Shown here in pieces: positions 28,424-40,344 of a DNA stretch of 64,000 nucleotides. The stretch lies in NCBI GenBank assembly GCA_951406725.2, contig OX597823.1, positions 76,694,001 through 76,758,000 on the forward strand, in the 5' to 3' direction. Under the pieces are notes generated by a model. The model was not told where the DNA came from, did no database searches, and saw only the letters and a list, made by a program, of their open reading frames with translations. Origin of the DNA: Octopus vulgaris (taxonomy: Eukaryota). The translations under genes were made by a program, and so were the position numbers. Positions within the stretch are counted from its first letter, which is position 1, and each line of letters begins with the position of its first letter.

Positions 28424-28712
28424 TGCTTGATTTTTATCATTTTCAGTATATGTTTTAGGGACATGGCAAGTCAACAGTTGTTCTGTGTGTTCACCATTTG
28501 CTCATAATGATGCTTCAATTGTGAATGCCCAGCAGTACAGCATGTTGTTTCCAAATTTCTGGCAGAGTGAATTGCATCTTGGTACTGTTTTTCTCGCAGA
28601 TGGTGCCCAACTGACCTGTATAGTCAGCAAAATCAAAATCAAACAATGTGCACGCATGAAATAAAAAAATACAAAATGGCAACAATTTACCCATCGCACC
28701 CTGTATTTATAT

Positions 28713-28713
<1 letters not shown>

Positions 28714-28748
<35 letters not shown>

Positions 28749-29316
28749 GTTTAGCGTCCGTTTTCCATGCTAGCATGGGTTGGACGGTTCCTACTGGGGT
28801 CTGTGAAGCCAGAAGGCTTCATCAGGCCCAGTCAAATCTGGCAGTGTTTCTACGGCTGGATGCCCTTCCTAACGCCAACCACTCCGTGAGTGTAGTGGGT
28901 GCTTTTTACGTGCCACCCGCACTGGTGCCAGACAGAGCTGGCAAACGGCCACGAACGGATGGTGCTTTTTATGTGCCACCGGCACGAGGGCCAGGCGAGG
29001 CTGGCAACGGACACGAAACGGGGCGGTGCTGGCAACGGTCGCGAAACGGAAAGTTCTCTTACATGCCACCGGCACTGGTAACACATCTGCAATTTCCATT
29101 GATCGATTTCCATTGATCGATTTCGATTCTGATCCTCACTTGCCTCAACGGGTCTTCACAAGCAGAGTTTTGACATGCCACCGGCACTGGTAGCACATCC
29201 GCAATTTCCATTGATCGATTTCGATTCTGATCCTCACTTGCCTCAACACATCTTCACAAGTAGAGTTTTGTGTCCCAAGAAGGGAAGGTATGCATACGTA
29301 GGCCGGCTCCATCCCA
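28714..29316 (-). mobile_element. RTE 3' UTR repeat (family A) with internal duplication
   Basis: (CAT)n tail at the left; unit catgccaccggcactggta...tcttcacaag duplicated at about 29062 and 29174. Confidence 0.8.
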
Positions 29317-29332
29317 TGGACGATTCAACTGG

Positions 29333-29885
29333 AAGACCCGGCAGGACAAGTGAGACCATAACCCGTGGCCTCTACACGGGATGTAGCCAGTCCACTTATG
29401 CATACCTTTCCTTCTTGGGACCCAAAACTCTGCTTGTGAACACCTGTTGAGGCAAGTGAGAATCGAAATTGATCAACATCAATGGAAATTGCAGGAAGGA
29501 CCAGGTGCTGGTGGCACGTAAGAGAACCATCTGAACGTGGCCGTTGCCAGTGTCGCCCTGACTGGCCTCGTGCCGGTGGCATGTAAAAGCACCATCTGTT
29601 CGTGGCCGTTGCCAACGTCGCCTAGCCCCCGTGCTGGTGGCACGTAAAAAGCACCATCCAATTGTGGCCGTTTGCCAGACTCGTCTGGCACCTGTGCCGG
29701 TGGCACGTAAAAAGCACCCACTACACTCATAGAGTGGTTGGCGTTAGGAAGGGCATCCAGCCGTAGAAACATTGCTAGATCAGACTGGGCCTGGTGCAGC
29801 CTTCTGGCTTCCCAGACCCCAGTTGAATCGTCCAACTCATGCTAGCATGGAAAGTGGACGCTAAACGATGATGATGATGATGATA
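29333..29885 (+). mobile_element. RTE 3' end (family A), inverted relative to its neighbour
   Basis: Begins at the ORF end aagacccggcaggacaagtga and ends in (GAT)n. Confidence 0.8.
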
Positions 29886-30408
29886 TATATATAAAGTGTA
29901 GGTGGCATGCAAGTGGGTATATATTTGTAAAAAAGAAGTTTGAAAACGCCACTATATAAGATAAATTTTATTTTTCTTAGAGATTTTACCTGTTTCAGTT
30001 CTTCTTGAAAAAAACGAACCTTATCAAAAGCATTTCTAAAAGTGTAATAAAAAAGTTCATAATTGTTTCTTTCTAGTCTTAACAGAGTCCACGTGATGGT
30101 GTTTTGTGTTGGGGAGCATAATAGCAGTCTTGTGCGTTGACTGGAATCATTGGCTGTAATAGTGTAAGTGACCGTTGGTCATAATAGCAGTAGTAGCATA
30201 CACTGTTGGTCATAGTAGTAGAAGTGACTGTGGTGGTGGTTGGAGTTGTAGCAGCAGTTCATTAGCTGTAGTAGTAGTAGTAGAAACAGTAGAAGTGCTA
30301 TTACAGCCAATGGTCACTGAAACCATCACAAACCAGGAATTAAGAATCTACAAGAACAATGAAAGGAAACTATGTTATAATGTAAGCCATTATATAAACA
30401 AAAAAAAA

Positions 30409-30451
<43 letters not shown>

Positions 30452-30539
30452 CATCATCATCATCATTATCATTATTATCATTATCATAATTATAATAATA
30501 ATAATAATAATAATAATAATTATTATTATTATTATTATT

Positions 30540-31070
30540 GAGTGAGCGAGCAGAGCATGCCATCAAAGTGACACTGGGGTAAAATATACGAAGCCCAGTA
30601 TACCCATCATGACTACCCGTCTGATAAGGGTACACCAGGTACATGCATCACAACCATATGTGTGCGACATGGTGATCTCATATCAAGATAAACAGCACAT
30701 GACCTTGCAGGTGGAGCCCAGTTAGAATTTTCTTCAGATCGAGTAAACCATCCCGCTCAAAAGGTCCCTGAATAAGGGTTGTTTAAGGACGTTGAACGAA
30801 ACACCCATGTTTCCAGAGGTGAATTATTCAAACCCCAAAGAATCCTCCTCAACACATGGCTATGATGCTCCCCCACTACTTCTGCTCGTGATCAGAGATG
30901 CACATATCGTCAGCCACTAAGGGACATGCTCAACTGGTTACGGTCAAACAACTGACAAGCAAATCTGTGGCATTGAGCAGAATATTTGCTGTAGCCCATC
31001 TTTTATACCAAGACAAAACAATGTACATGATAACACTTCCAATCAGTTAAGATCAGAAGCCATGAGAGCA
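30540..31070 (-). mobile_element. (TAA)n-embedded non-coding retroelement, copy 1
   Basis: Three homologous copies share a fixed low-coordinate end (gtgag...gcat...atcaaagtgac) and have variable far ends; all flanked by (TTA)n. Confidence 0.75.
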
Positions 31071-31133
31071 TTATTATTATTATTATTATTATTATCATTA
31101 CTATTATTATTTTTATCATCATTATCATTATTA

Positions 31134-31168
<35 letters not shown>

Positions 31169-31256
31169 ATTATTATTATTATCATCATCATCATCATTAT
31201 CATTATTACTATTATTATTATTATTATTATTATTATGATTATTATTATTATTATTT

Positions 31257-31505
31257 CTCTCTATCACAGGTTTTGTTGGAGCTCCTGCAGTCTTGCATGC
31301 ATAGCGAGTTTGCTACCTACAAGCTTAAATAACATGCTATCCGTTCTTTTCAGCTATCTAAAACTTTCCTGATTTTTCTGGCCATGCCAAGGCAAACCTT
31401 TTGTAGCTGTTCTACTGGGCACTCTATTCCAATTTCCTTTATATTCACTTTGATGCCTTCTAATACCGTTCCCAAGGATCCAACAATAATTGGCACTATC
31501 TTCAC
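31257..31505 (-). mobile_element. R4/Dong-like LINE 3' end (RLE endonuclease C-terminus)
   Basis: KIVPIIVGSLGTV...EQLQKVCLGMARKIRKVL*, short UTR, then (AAT)n. Confidence 0.8.
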
Positions 31506-31526
31506 CTTATTACTACTATTATTATT

Positions 31527-31992
31527 GAGTGAGAGAAGAGTGCATGCCATCAAAGTGACTCTGGGGTGCAAATATACGAAACCCAATATACCCATCATGA
31601 CTACCCATCTGATATGGGTACACCAGGCACATGCATCACAACCACATGTGCATTACATGGTGACCTTATATCGAGGTAAACAGTTCATGATCTTGCAGGT
31701 GGGACCCAGTTAGAATTTTTTTCTGGTTGAGCAGTCCATCCCATGCAAAAGATCTTTGAATAAGGGTATTTTTTTTAACAGATGAGGAATGAAACATCCA
31801 TGTTCCTAGAGGTGAATTATTCAAACCCTAAAGAATTTCTCTCAAAGTATGGCTATTATCCTCCCCCACTACTCTTGCTCAGAATAAGAGATGCACATAT
31901 TGTCAGTCACTAAGGAACGTGCTGAACTGGCTAAAGTCAAGTAACTGACAAGCAAATCTGTGGTATTGTGCAGAATATATGTGGTAGTCCTT
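31527..31992 (-). mobile_element. (TAA)n-embedded retroelement, copy 2
   Basis: Homologous to 30540-31070. Confidence 0.75.
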
Positions 31993-32002
31993 TATTATTA
32001 TT

Positions 32003-32525
32003 AGTGAGAGCAAAGCATACGATCAAAGTGACATTGTGGTACAAATATACAAAGCCGAATATACTCATCATGACTACCCATCTGATAAGGGTTAACCAGG
32101 TACATGCATCACAACCATATGTGTGTAACGTGGCGATCACATATCAAAGTAAACAGCACATGATCTTCAGGTGGGGCTTAGTTAGAATTTTCTTCAGGTT
32201 GAGTAGCACATCCTGCTTAGAAGGTTGTTTAACAAGGTCTGTTTCCAGGGGTGATTATTCAAACCTAAAAGAATCCCTTTCAGCACATGTCTATGATGTT
32301 CCTCCACTACTCCTGCTCAGGATCAGAGTTGCACATATTGTGAAACACTAAGGGACGTGTTTAACTGGTGAATGTTAAGCAACAGACAAGCAAATCTGTG
32401 GTATTGAGCAGAATATTTGCCATAGCATATCTTTTATACTAAGACAAAACAATGTACATAATAACATTTCCAATCAGTTAAGATCAGAAGCCATGACAAC
32501 CAGTACCTGGTACTGCATTTGGGCA
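32003..32525 (-). mobile_element. (TAA)n-embedded retroelement, copy 3
   Basis: Homologous to 30540-31070. Confidence 0.75.
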
Positions 32526-32594
32526 TTTATTATTATTATTATTATCATTCTTCTTCTTATTATTATTATTATTTTTATTATTCTTCTTCTTCTT

Positions 32595-32625
<31 letters not shown>

Positions 32626-32630
32626 TTATT

Positions 32631-32661
<31 letters not shown>

Positions 32662-32874
32662 TTATTATTATCATTATTATTATTAATCATCATCATCATC
32701 ATTGTCATCATCATTATTATTTTCATTATTATTTTTATAATTATTATTATTTAGATGTACCTCTGTTGTATTATATAATTTATGACATAACTGTTTTTGA
32801 CAATATGAATATAAAATTTTTATATTCTCGATAGTACAATTAGAAACAATTTAATGATAAAATTTAATGACAGA

Positions 32875-32926
<52 letters not shown>

Positions 32927-33099
32927 GATATATATATACATACATATAATTGTGTATTTACATATATATATATATGTGCATGGATGATTGTATATACATA
33001 TGTATATATATCCATATATAGATATATATGCATATATGTATGCATATATATATATACACACACATCTGTATGTATTTATATATATATATGTGCATATGC

Positions 33100-33151
<52 letters not shown>

Positions 33152-33382
33152 ATCTGTATTCTGTATATATATATATATATGAAGAAAATCTGTATTTATA
33201 GCCCCAAATATTCTACTTTCATTATATTGGTAATTATGATATGTGTATCTCTAAACTGCAGTTATAAGAAATACAGTTCTCATTACACCCACACATAAAT
33301 ATATTTTTGCATATATATATTAACATGCACACATATAAGTATGTATGTATACATATATATATATATGTGCAAATATATATAA

Positions 33383-33422
<40 letters not shown>

Positions 33423-35609
33423 TTATATATACATGCACATGCCCACACATGCTTATGCACACAATGCACACAAATATATGCTATGCATGTACGTATAGAA
33501 TTACTTACATAAACAACTTATGATATGGTTTATATAACATTCAAATCCAACAGAAATAGTAGACAGAATCTTCAGCCATCAAGAATCCACGTAGCCATAA
33601 ACAAATAAAAGATAGGAGATTCCAAGGCAACGAAGCAAATAAAATTACACAAATGGTAAGAGAAAAAATACCTGTAACGAAATATCTGAAAAAGGAAATA
33701 CATAAATTGTGATCAAACCAATTCCTGAATGTTGCCATAAACCATTACTAGTTCCATAGATATTACTATATAGGAGAGAGAGAGTGAATAATATAATGTA
33801 ATAGTAGAAAGGGTATGAGTGTGAGGTTCGGAGAAAGAAAGTAAAATGAATGCATTGAAAAAAGATAGGCTTTACACTTTGGTCGATATTGGAAAAAATG
33901 GCAGAAAGTCAAAAGAATAGTTTTCAATATCTAGTTATGTCTATGTGGTTGTGTACGTTCTGAGTTCAAATACCACTAGGTGGACTATGCCTTTCATCCT
34001 TCTGGGAACAATGAACCAGGAACAAGTTAGATGTCGGGGTTAGTATTATCAAATAGAACACCTCCTATGTTTGTGGCCTTGTGTTTAAGTTAGAAATTAA
34101 TATTTATGAAAACATCAAGAAGAAAATAAAACAAAAGATTGTAAAGTGAGTGGGACACAAAAAGGGGAAGAATGTGTGTGTTTGTGCATGTGTGAGAGAG
34201 AGAGAGAGAGAGAGGGGGAAAGAGTGTTTGAAATAGACAGGAAAAATAAAGAAATTTAAAAGTAGGCATAGACATGTTGCAGTGGATAAGACCCTAGTGG
34301 AGATTTGAAGCAAAGCTCTCAGATCTTCCCTGTCTTGAACCACAAACTAATGTATTTCCATAATAGTAAAAGTGTTGCAATAAAAGGTTTCAATGTGTAT
34401 GTGAATATCGCTCAACCAGTCAGTACTGGTTCACTTATTACAGTTGATATACCAAACTTTGAGAAACACAGTGAATTTTCCCGCTAAGCAGATTGGCCAA
34501 AGATTCTAGAAGCTGGCTTACAGCTATAAAAGCTGGTAAATTCAATCTCAGGCCAGAGAGCAATTATGCCATTTGGAGGAATCTGTGTCACTTGTTACTG
34601 CAAGTTGGTCGCTTCTCTCTCTTTCACTTTACTTATATAACATGCTTTTGTCATACACAACATAAAGCACAATCATTAATTTGTAGTGTTGAGCACATTA
34701 ATTGTACATAGTGATATAAATTCCATATTCTATTCTCATAACATAATCAGATAAGTTATATTACAGAAATTTCCTAACTCTTGTTCATTGAATGTTATTT
34801 CATTAATTTACTGAATGTACATTTTTAAATATAATAATGCTGATTAATCAAATATTTGAAAAATCAATTAAACTTTAGTATAGCCATTGTCTACACATGC
34901 AACCTACCTCACATTGTGAACAGCAAAAAGAAAATATATGACTAACTTCCACACTAAATCCTGTCAACAAGTGATATTAATATACCCAATGAATTAGAGT
35001 ACCAAAGACAAAATTCCAGGTGTACAACAAAAGAGCAATATGGTAATGAGATAAACCTTTATTGGAAAATGCTAATTAAAATAAGATTGCATGTACCAGG
35101 GGCATGATCTGTAAAAAGATGAACCTGTATTATCCCAAATGCACCAAAATGTGACTACATCCTTGTCAACAAACAAATTAAATAACAGATGTCTTGCTAC
35201 TTTCAACATTATTCAATACTAGCAGGAAAATTGCTTAGTCTAAATGCAAATTGTCATAGAGTAGAATAGAGAAAAAGAAACATAGCACATCATAATAAAC
35301 AAAAACGATATAGTTTTGTGTTGCTATCAATAAGGAAATCTTGAGTTAGCTTCAAGAAAATAATGAAAATAATGAGTCACTCGTCCAGAAAATAAAACCC
35401 TGAACATGAAAAGGAGAAAGGTAAATAAACAGGGACTGAATTGAAGGAGCACAGAGGAAAGAAGAATGGTAGAGAAATGGAAGCCTATGAAGAGGAACAC
35501 CAAAATCCAAATTGAGTTTTCAATTCTCTGTAAAGTAATTAAGACATTTGGAGATGGATAAATATCGATTTCAAGTTTTGACACAAGGCTAGCAATTTTG
35601 TGGGAGGGT

Positions 35610-35814
35610 CCCTGTGCCGGTGGCACATAAAAAGCACCCACTACGCTCACGGAGTGGTTGGCGTTAGGAAGGGCATCCAGCTGTAGAAACACTGCCAGAT
35701 TAGACTGGAGCCTGGTGCGGCCTCCTGGCTTCCCAGAACCCTGTCGAACTGTCCAACCCATGCTAGCATGGAAAGCAGACATTAAACGATGATGATGATG
35801 ATGATGATGATGAT
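35610..35814 (+). mobile_element. RTE 3' UTR repeat (family A) inserted in a decayed family C SINE
   Basis: Family A blocks with (GAT)n tail; the family C relic continues to about 35990. Confidence 0.75.
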
Positions 35815-36559
35815 AAGGCAAGTAGATTATATCATCTCCAGTGTTCTACTCATTCTTATTTTACTGAACCTGAAAGGAGGGAAGGCAAAGGTGCCCTTAG
35901 TAGAATTTGAACTCAGAACATGAAGATGAATAAAATGTTGCTAAGCATGTTGTCTGGCATACTCTCATTTCTACCAGCTCACTGCCTTAACTTAGATGAA
36001 TACTAATTAAAGAACCTGTTGTGGGCTGCAGAAGAGGGGGGGTGGAAAGTGTGAAGATATGCAGGAGAGTGACAGCACTGTATTAATTGGTTGTGATAAC
36101 ACTATATTGATTAGTTATGACAGCACTATATTAATTAGTTGTGACAGTACTCAGAAATGAAGACAGGAGTACAGTGACAGACAAAATGAAGTTGGAAGGG
36201 ATGCATGTAAAATGAATGCTTTAAAATCATCTGTAATGATCAATCTGTATGATCTCGAGTCTTAGAAGTGCCACCTATTTTTATCATTGAAATAGAAAAT
36301 CTTTTAAATATCTTTATGAACACAGATAAATTCTCAGGAAAGTTGTTATAACAATAGTTATGTCGATGTATAGTGAGTAAAAATGGTGGAAAATATTCAT
36401 TCTGTATTTCCATCAATATTTGCAAGGGTCAAGAAACTTGAAGTAGCACAGGATGGAATCAAGTTATTTTAAATAATATCTGTAACTCCTACTAAATTTG
36501 TTGAGTGCCCATTTCTTTTGTTTGTCCTCTCACTTGTGTACACACACACACACACACGT

Positions 36560-36626
<67 letters not shown>

Positions 36627-36679
36627 TATTTGCAGATGAGTAGCAGTGCAAAGTAGTAAAGGGAAATAAGCAAACTTTA

Positions 36680-37290
36680 GGTTAGTTCAAATATGTTTGT
36701 GACATATTTTTAACTTCAAAAGGCAATTTCACTGCAGCATATCATGGAGAAAAAAATACTCACGTATGATAAAAGGTAAAAATATGCTACTCTCAGCTCC
36801 ATAGCACCCTCTCTAAACCCCTAAATACATTCCTGGTTCATTATACCTTCCTCAGCAGGAGGATATCAAACAAGGATATCCTTGAGCTGAGAGAAAGCTG
36901 TACCTTGATGGTAAACTGCAGTAACATTACCTTTAGAAGCTAAAACATGTCACAAACTCAGAATTCGTTTATTTTGCATCACTGCTTCATGCTGCTACTT
37001 AAGAATTTGTTCAAACTGGGAAGACTACAAGTGATAATCAGTCACTAGTGTTAACTGATTTGCTATAAAGCTACAGTTTTCTGTCAGCTGAGGGTTACTT
37101 CTTATTGGGGTCTCCTACTGATATCACCATAGCAAGCAACAAATATATTTAGGGATTGAGCGAGCATACAACTGAGCTGGTAATGGTGTATTTACACCTT
37201 TTGCCATAAACAAGAATTATTTTCTCCTGGTAAACTGCTGTGAAATTGCCTTTAGAAGTTAAAGTATGTCGCAAACATTTTTTAACTAAC
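36680..37290. repeat. Diverged inverted repeat, about 150-bp arms (old MITE)
   Basis: gttagttcaaatatgtttg...aaaggcaatttcac...ccctaaata mirrored by tatttaggg...gtgaaattgccttt...caaacattttttaactaac. Confidence 0.6.
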
Positions 37291-37301
37291 ATGTAGTTCG
37301 T

Positions 37302-37336
<35 letters not shown>

Positions 37337-37487
37337 CTGACTTGACATTATTCACATACACACACACACAAATATATAAAATATATATATATGTATGTAT
37401 GTATGTATGTATACGTATGTATGTATTATATATATATATATATATATATGTAGACAGAGAGAGAGAGAGAGAGAGTTATAGATAGAA

Positions 37488-37522
<35 letters not shown>

Positions 37523-37610
37523 TAGATAGATAGATGGAAAGGCAGACAGACAGATAGATAATTAGATAGAGAGATATACACAGGTGTGTGTAATTATGTA
37601 TAGAAGAATA

Positions 37611-37995
37611 TATTACTCAAAGAAATACCAACTTAGTTTGATTTGCATGTTTTATTTACAATCTTACAATAATATAATATAAGATAATTATTATATAATA
37701 AAATGATAGAATATTGAATGTCCAATCTGATTGGACTAGTACTTTCATGCATTAAACTATGCAATCTTCTGGTTCATGTAGTTATGTTTTACAATTTACG
37801 ACTGTGTTATGTAAAACATAAACTGTCACCACTACCACATGAATGTGAAGATTGCATAGTTTAATGCATGAGAGTACTAGTTCAATCAGAATGGACATTT
37901 AATATTCTATCATTTCATTATATCATATTATCTTATATCATATCATTATAAGTTTGTAAATAAAACATGAAAATCAAAGTTGGAATTTCTTTGAG

Positions 37996-38000
<5 letters not shown>
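37611..38000. mobile_element. Palindromic MITE with about 170-bp arms next to (TA)n
   Basis: tattactcaa...catgcattaaactatgcaatcttc mirrored by gaagattgcatagtttaatgcatg...ttgagtaata. Confidence 0.8.
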
Positions 38001-38068
<68 letters not shown>

Positions 38069-38110
38069 ATATTTTGTTTTGTTTTGTTCTGACAACGTAA
38101 TTCCTGGTTT

Positions 38111-38190
38111 TTCCTGAAGAGAAAGCTGCAATATGGTATCCTTATTTAATCAGAATTTGGAAAATTGTGGCCTTTGAAACATGTGTGGAA
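38111..38190 (+). ncRNA. Degenerate type I hammerhead ribozyme (cleavage triplet GUG, probably inactive)
   Basis: ttc-CTGAAGA-gaaagctgcaat...attgtggccttt-GAAA-c-atgt-g-TG-gaa; followed by aataaa. Confidence 0.5.
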
Positions 38191-38299
38191 TGTAATAAAA
38201 GGAATTCTGTGCAATCTTCATTCAACTCCATTTCTTCCAATCACTAATTATATAAATAAATATATATATATATTTACATGAACAGCTGTGTAAAAATGT

Positions 38300-38735
38300 G
38301 CTGATCTCTAACTGTGGAGGGAACCTGTAAAAGAGGTTCATCCCAGCAAGGTGTGGGACGTAGTGGTGAAATATGATCTTCAGATGTTGAGTCGCATAGA
38401 GGTGATGACAAGTGACAAGGACTTTTGGCGATTTACTACGCTTGGAAAGATATATCAAGGCAAGTGAAATCATAATCAAGACGTGTCAGAGTAAATGCCA
38501 GTGACACATAGAAGGCAGCTGTGCTGGGGACACAAAAGGCACATGTGCTGGTGACATAAAAAGGCACCCTGTACACGTTGTGGAGTGGTTGGCATTAGGA
38601 AGAGCATCCGGTCATAGAAAATCAAGCCAAACAGATTGGAACCTGATGCAGCTCTCTGGCTTACAAGTTCCAGTCAAACCATCTAATCCATGCCAGCATG
38701 GAAAATGGACGTTAAGTGATGATGAAGATGATGAT
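38300..38735 (+). mobile_element. RTE LINE 3' end (ORF terminus plus family A UTR)
   Basis: VEGTCKRG..SKVWDVVVKYDLQML...MTSDKDFWRF followed by family A blocks and a (GAT)n tail. Confidence 0.75.
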
Positions 38736-38737
38736 AT

Positions 38738-38953
38738 ATGAGGTGATGCTGAAAAATTCCTGGCTTTAAGGGTATCAAGAAAAGTCTAGCTGGAGGCTCA
38801 AACTTCCAAGTTCTTTTATAGGGCTGAGAAAAATTAAAGGACTGCTGCAATATGTGTGTGATTCTGAGAGAGGAATATGTTGAAGAAAATCATATTTAAC
38901 TGATCCTCTTGTATTTTCTTTTAACCAAAGCCAGCAACTTTTCAGCACTCACA
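38738..38953. mobile_element. Mariner-derived MITE
   Basis: TIRs tgctgaaaaattcctggcttt / aaagccagcaacttttcagca; empty-site paralogue of 48895-49618. Confidence 0.7.
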
Positions 38954-38959
38954 TGTGTA

Positions 38960-38993
<34 letters not shown>

Positions 38994-39012
38994 CGTGTGT
39001 GTGCGTGGGGGG

Positions 39013-39752
39013 GGAGAAAAGTTGAACATAAGAAGCATCCGATATGGTGTGCAAGAGAGATGACTGCGCTGGTATGGTCATGTGTTGTGTATGGATGAGG
39101 ACAGCTGTGCGAAGAAGTGTCACACCCTAACAGTGGAGGGAACCTGTGAAAGAGTTAGACCAGGAAGACATGGGATGAAGTGGTGAAGGACAACCTTCAA
39201 ACGTTGAGCCTCACAGAGGCAATAACAAGACCTCTGGATACATGCTGTGCTTGAGAAGACCAGGCAAGCCAAATGAGATCATAGTCAAGGTTGATACCAG
39301 TGTCACATAACTGGCCCATTTAAAAGCACCCTTTAATCATCAGGCAATATGCTATGCTCATGAAGACCTGTTGATCTGAGTGAAATCGTAGCCGTGACCA
39401 ATGGCAGTGCCACTTGACATGTAAAAAGCATGTAAAAAGCATCATTAGTGCATGGTCGATGACAGTGCCACTTGACTGTCACCCATACTGGTGGCACATA
39501 AAATGTACCATTTGAGCATGAGCTGATGCCAGTGCCACCAGACTGGCTTCCATGCTGGTGGCATGCAAAAAGCATCCACTACACTCTTGGAGTGGTTGGC
39601 ATTAGGAAAGGCATCAAGCTGTAGAAACCGTGCCACATCAGATTGGGGCATGGTGCAGCTTCCAGCTTGCCAGTCTTCAATCAAACCGTCCAACCCATGC
39701 CAGCATGGAAAGCAGACGTTAAACTACAACGATGATGATGATGATGATGATG
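39013..39752 (+). mobile_element. RTE LINE 3' end (ORF terminus, 3' UTR, (GAT)n tail)
   Basis: EKLNIRSIRYGVQER*LRWYGHVLCMDEDSCAKKCHTLTVEGTC...AVLEKTRQAK*; shows that family A is this LINE's 3' UTR. Confidence 0.85.
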
Positions 39753-40155
39753 TGATCTTGAGAGAAATTCAGCTGCTGTTTCTATTTTCTGTCAAATCTA
39801 ACTACCATGTTGAGGTTTCTGTAGCTGGTTCATGCAACATAGGTAGAGTTTCGTAAAAACTGGACATTATTATTTCAGGTCTAAAGAGTATGTTGTACAA
39901 ACAAAACTGAAAAATACTTGAATGGTAGCAAGTGGTTGAGTGGTTAAAAAAAAATTAGCAATGTCTAGACATGTTCAGCAATGGAATTTAGATTAAAAAT
40001 ATAAGTCAGAAGCATTTTTTTAAATTTAAAATTTTGCCTGATTCTTTATATTTCAATATATATATTATGCGACCTGGTTTAGGTCCTCAGCTGGATACAT
40101 TAAAATTTTTGCAAACGTATTGTATGAAGGAAAAGAAGATGAAACAATCAAAGTT

Positions 40156-40215
<60 letters not shown>

Positions 40216-40247
40216 TATATACATAATATATATATATATATATATAT

Positions 40248-40287
<40 letters not shown>

Positions 40288-40297
40288 TATAAATATA

Positions 40298-40344
<47 letters not shown>

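Larger units (their letters stand above)
27390..28703 (-). mobile_element. Decayed Tc1/mariner-superfamily (DD37D/maT-like) transposon carrying two nested insertions
   Basis: Ends ta-tagggtgc and gcaccctg-ta; MVNTQNN..LAMS, KIKHPVNIMVFGVITSD..VMPPFI, RPYVW*QDSAPCHTS. Confidence 0.75.

Noticed and set aside
27911-28507. Divergent duplicated ORFs both starting MQVKGTVTVSS
   Set aside because: Artefact of the palindrome; the minus ORF merely runs into transposase remnants
33520-33740. Minus-strand hydrophobic ORF or 14-nt microexon
   Set aside because: Shares gatggctgaagat...ggattt..atgttatataaac with about 18026-18072, so it is probably part of a dispersed repeat
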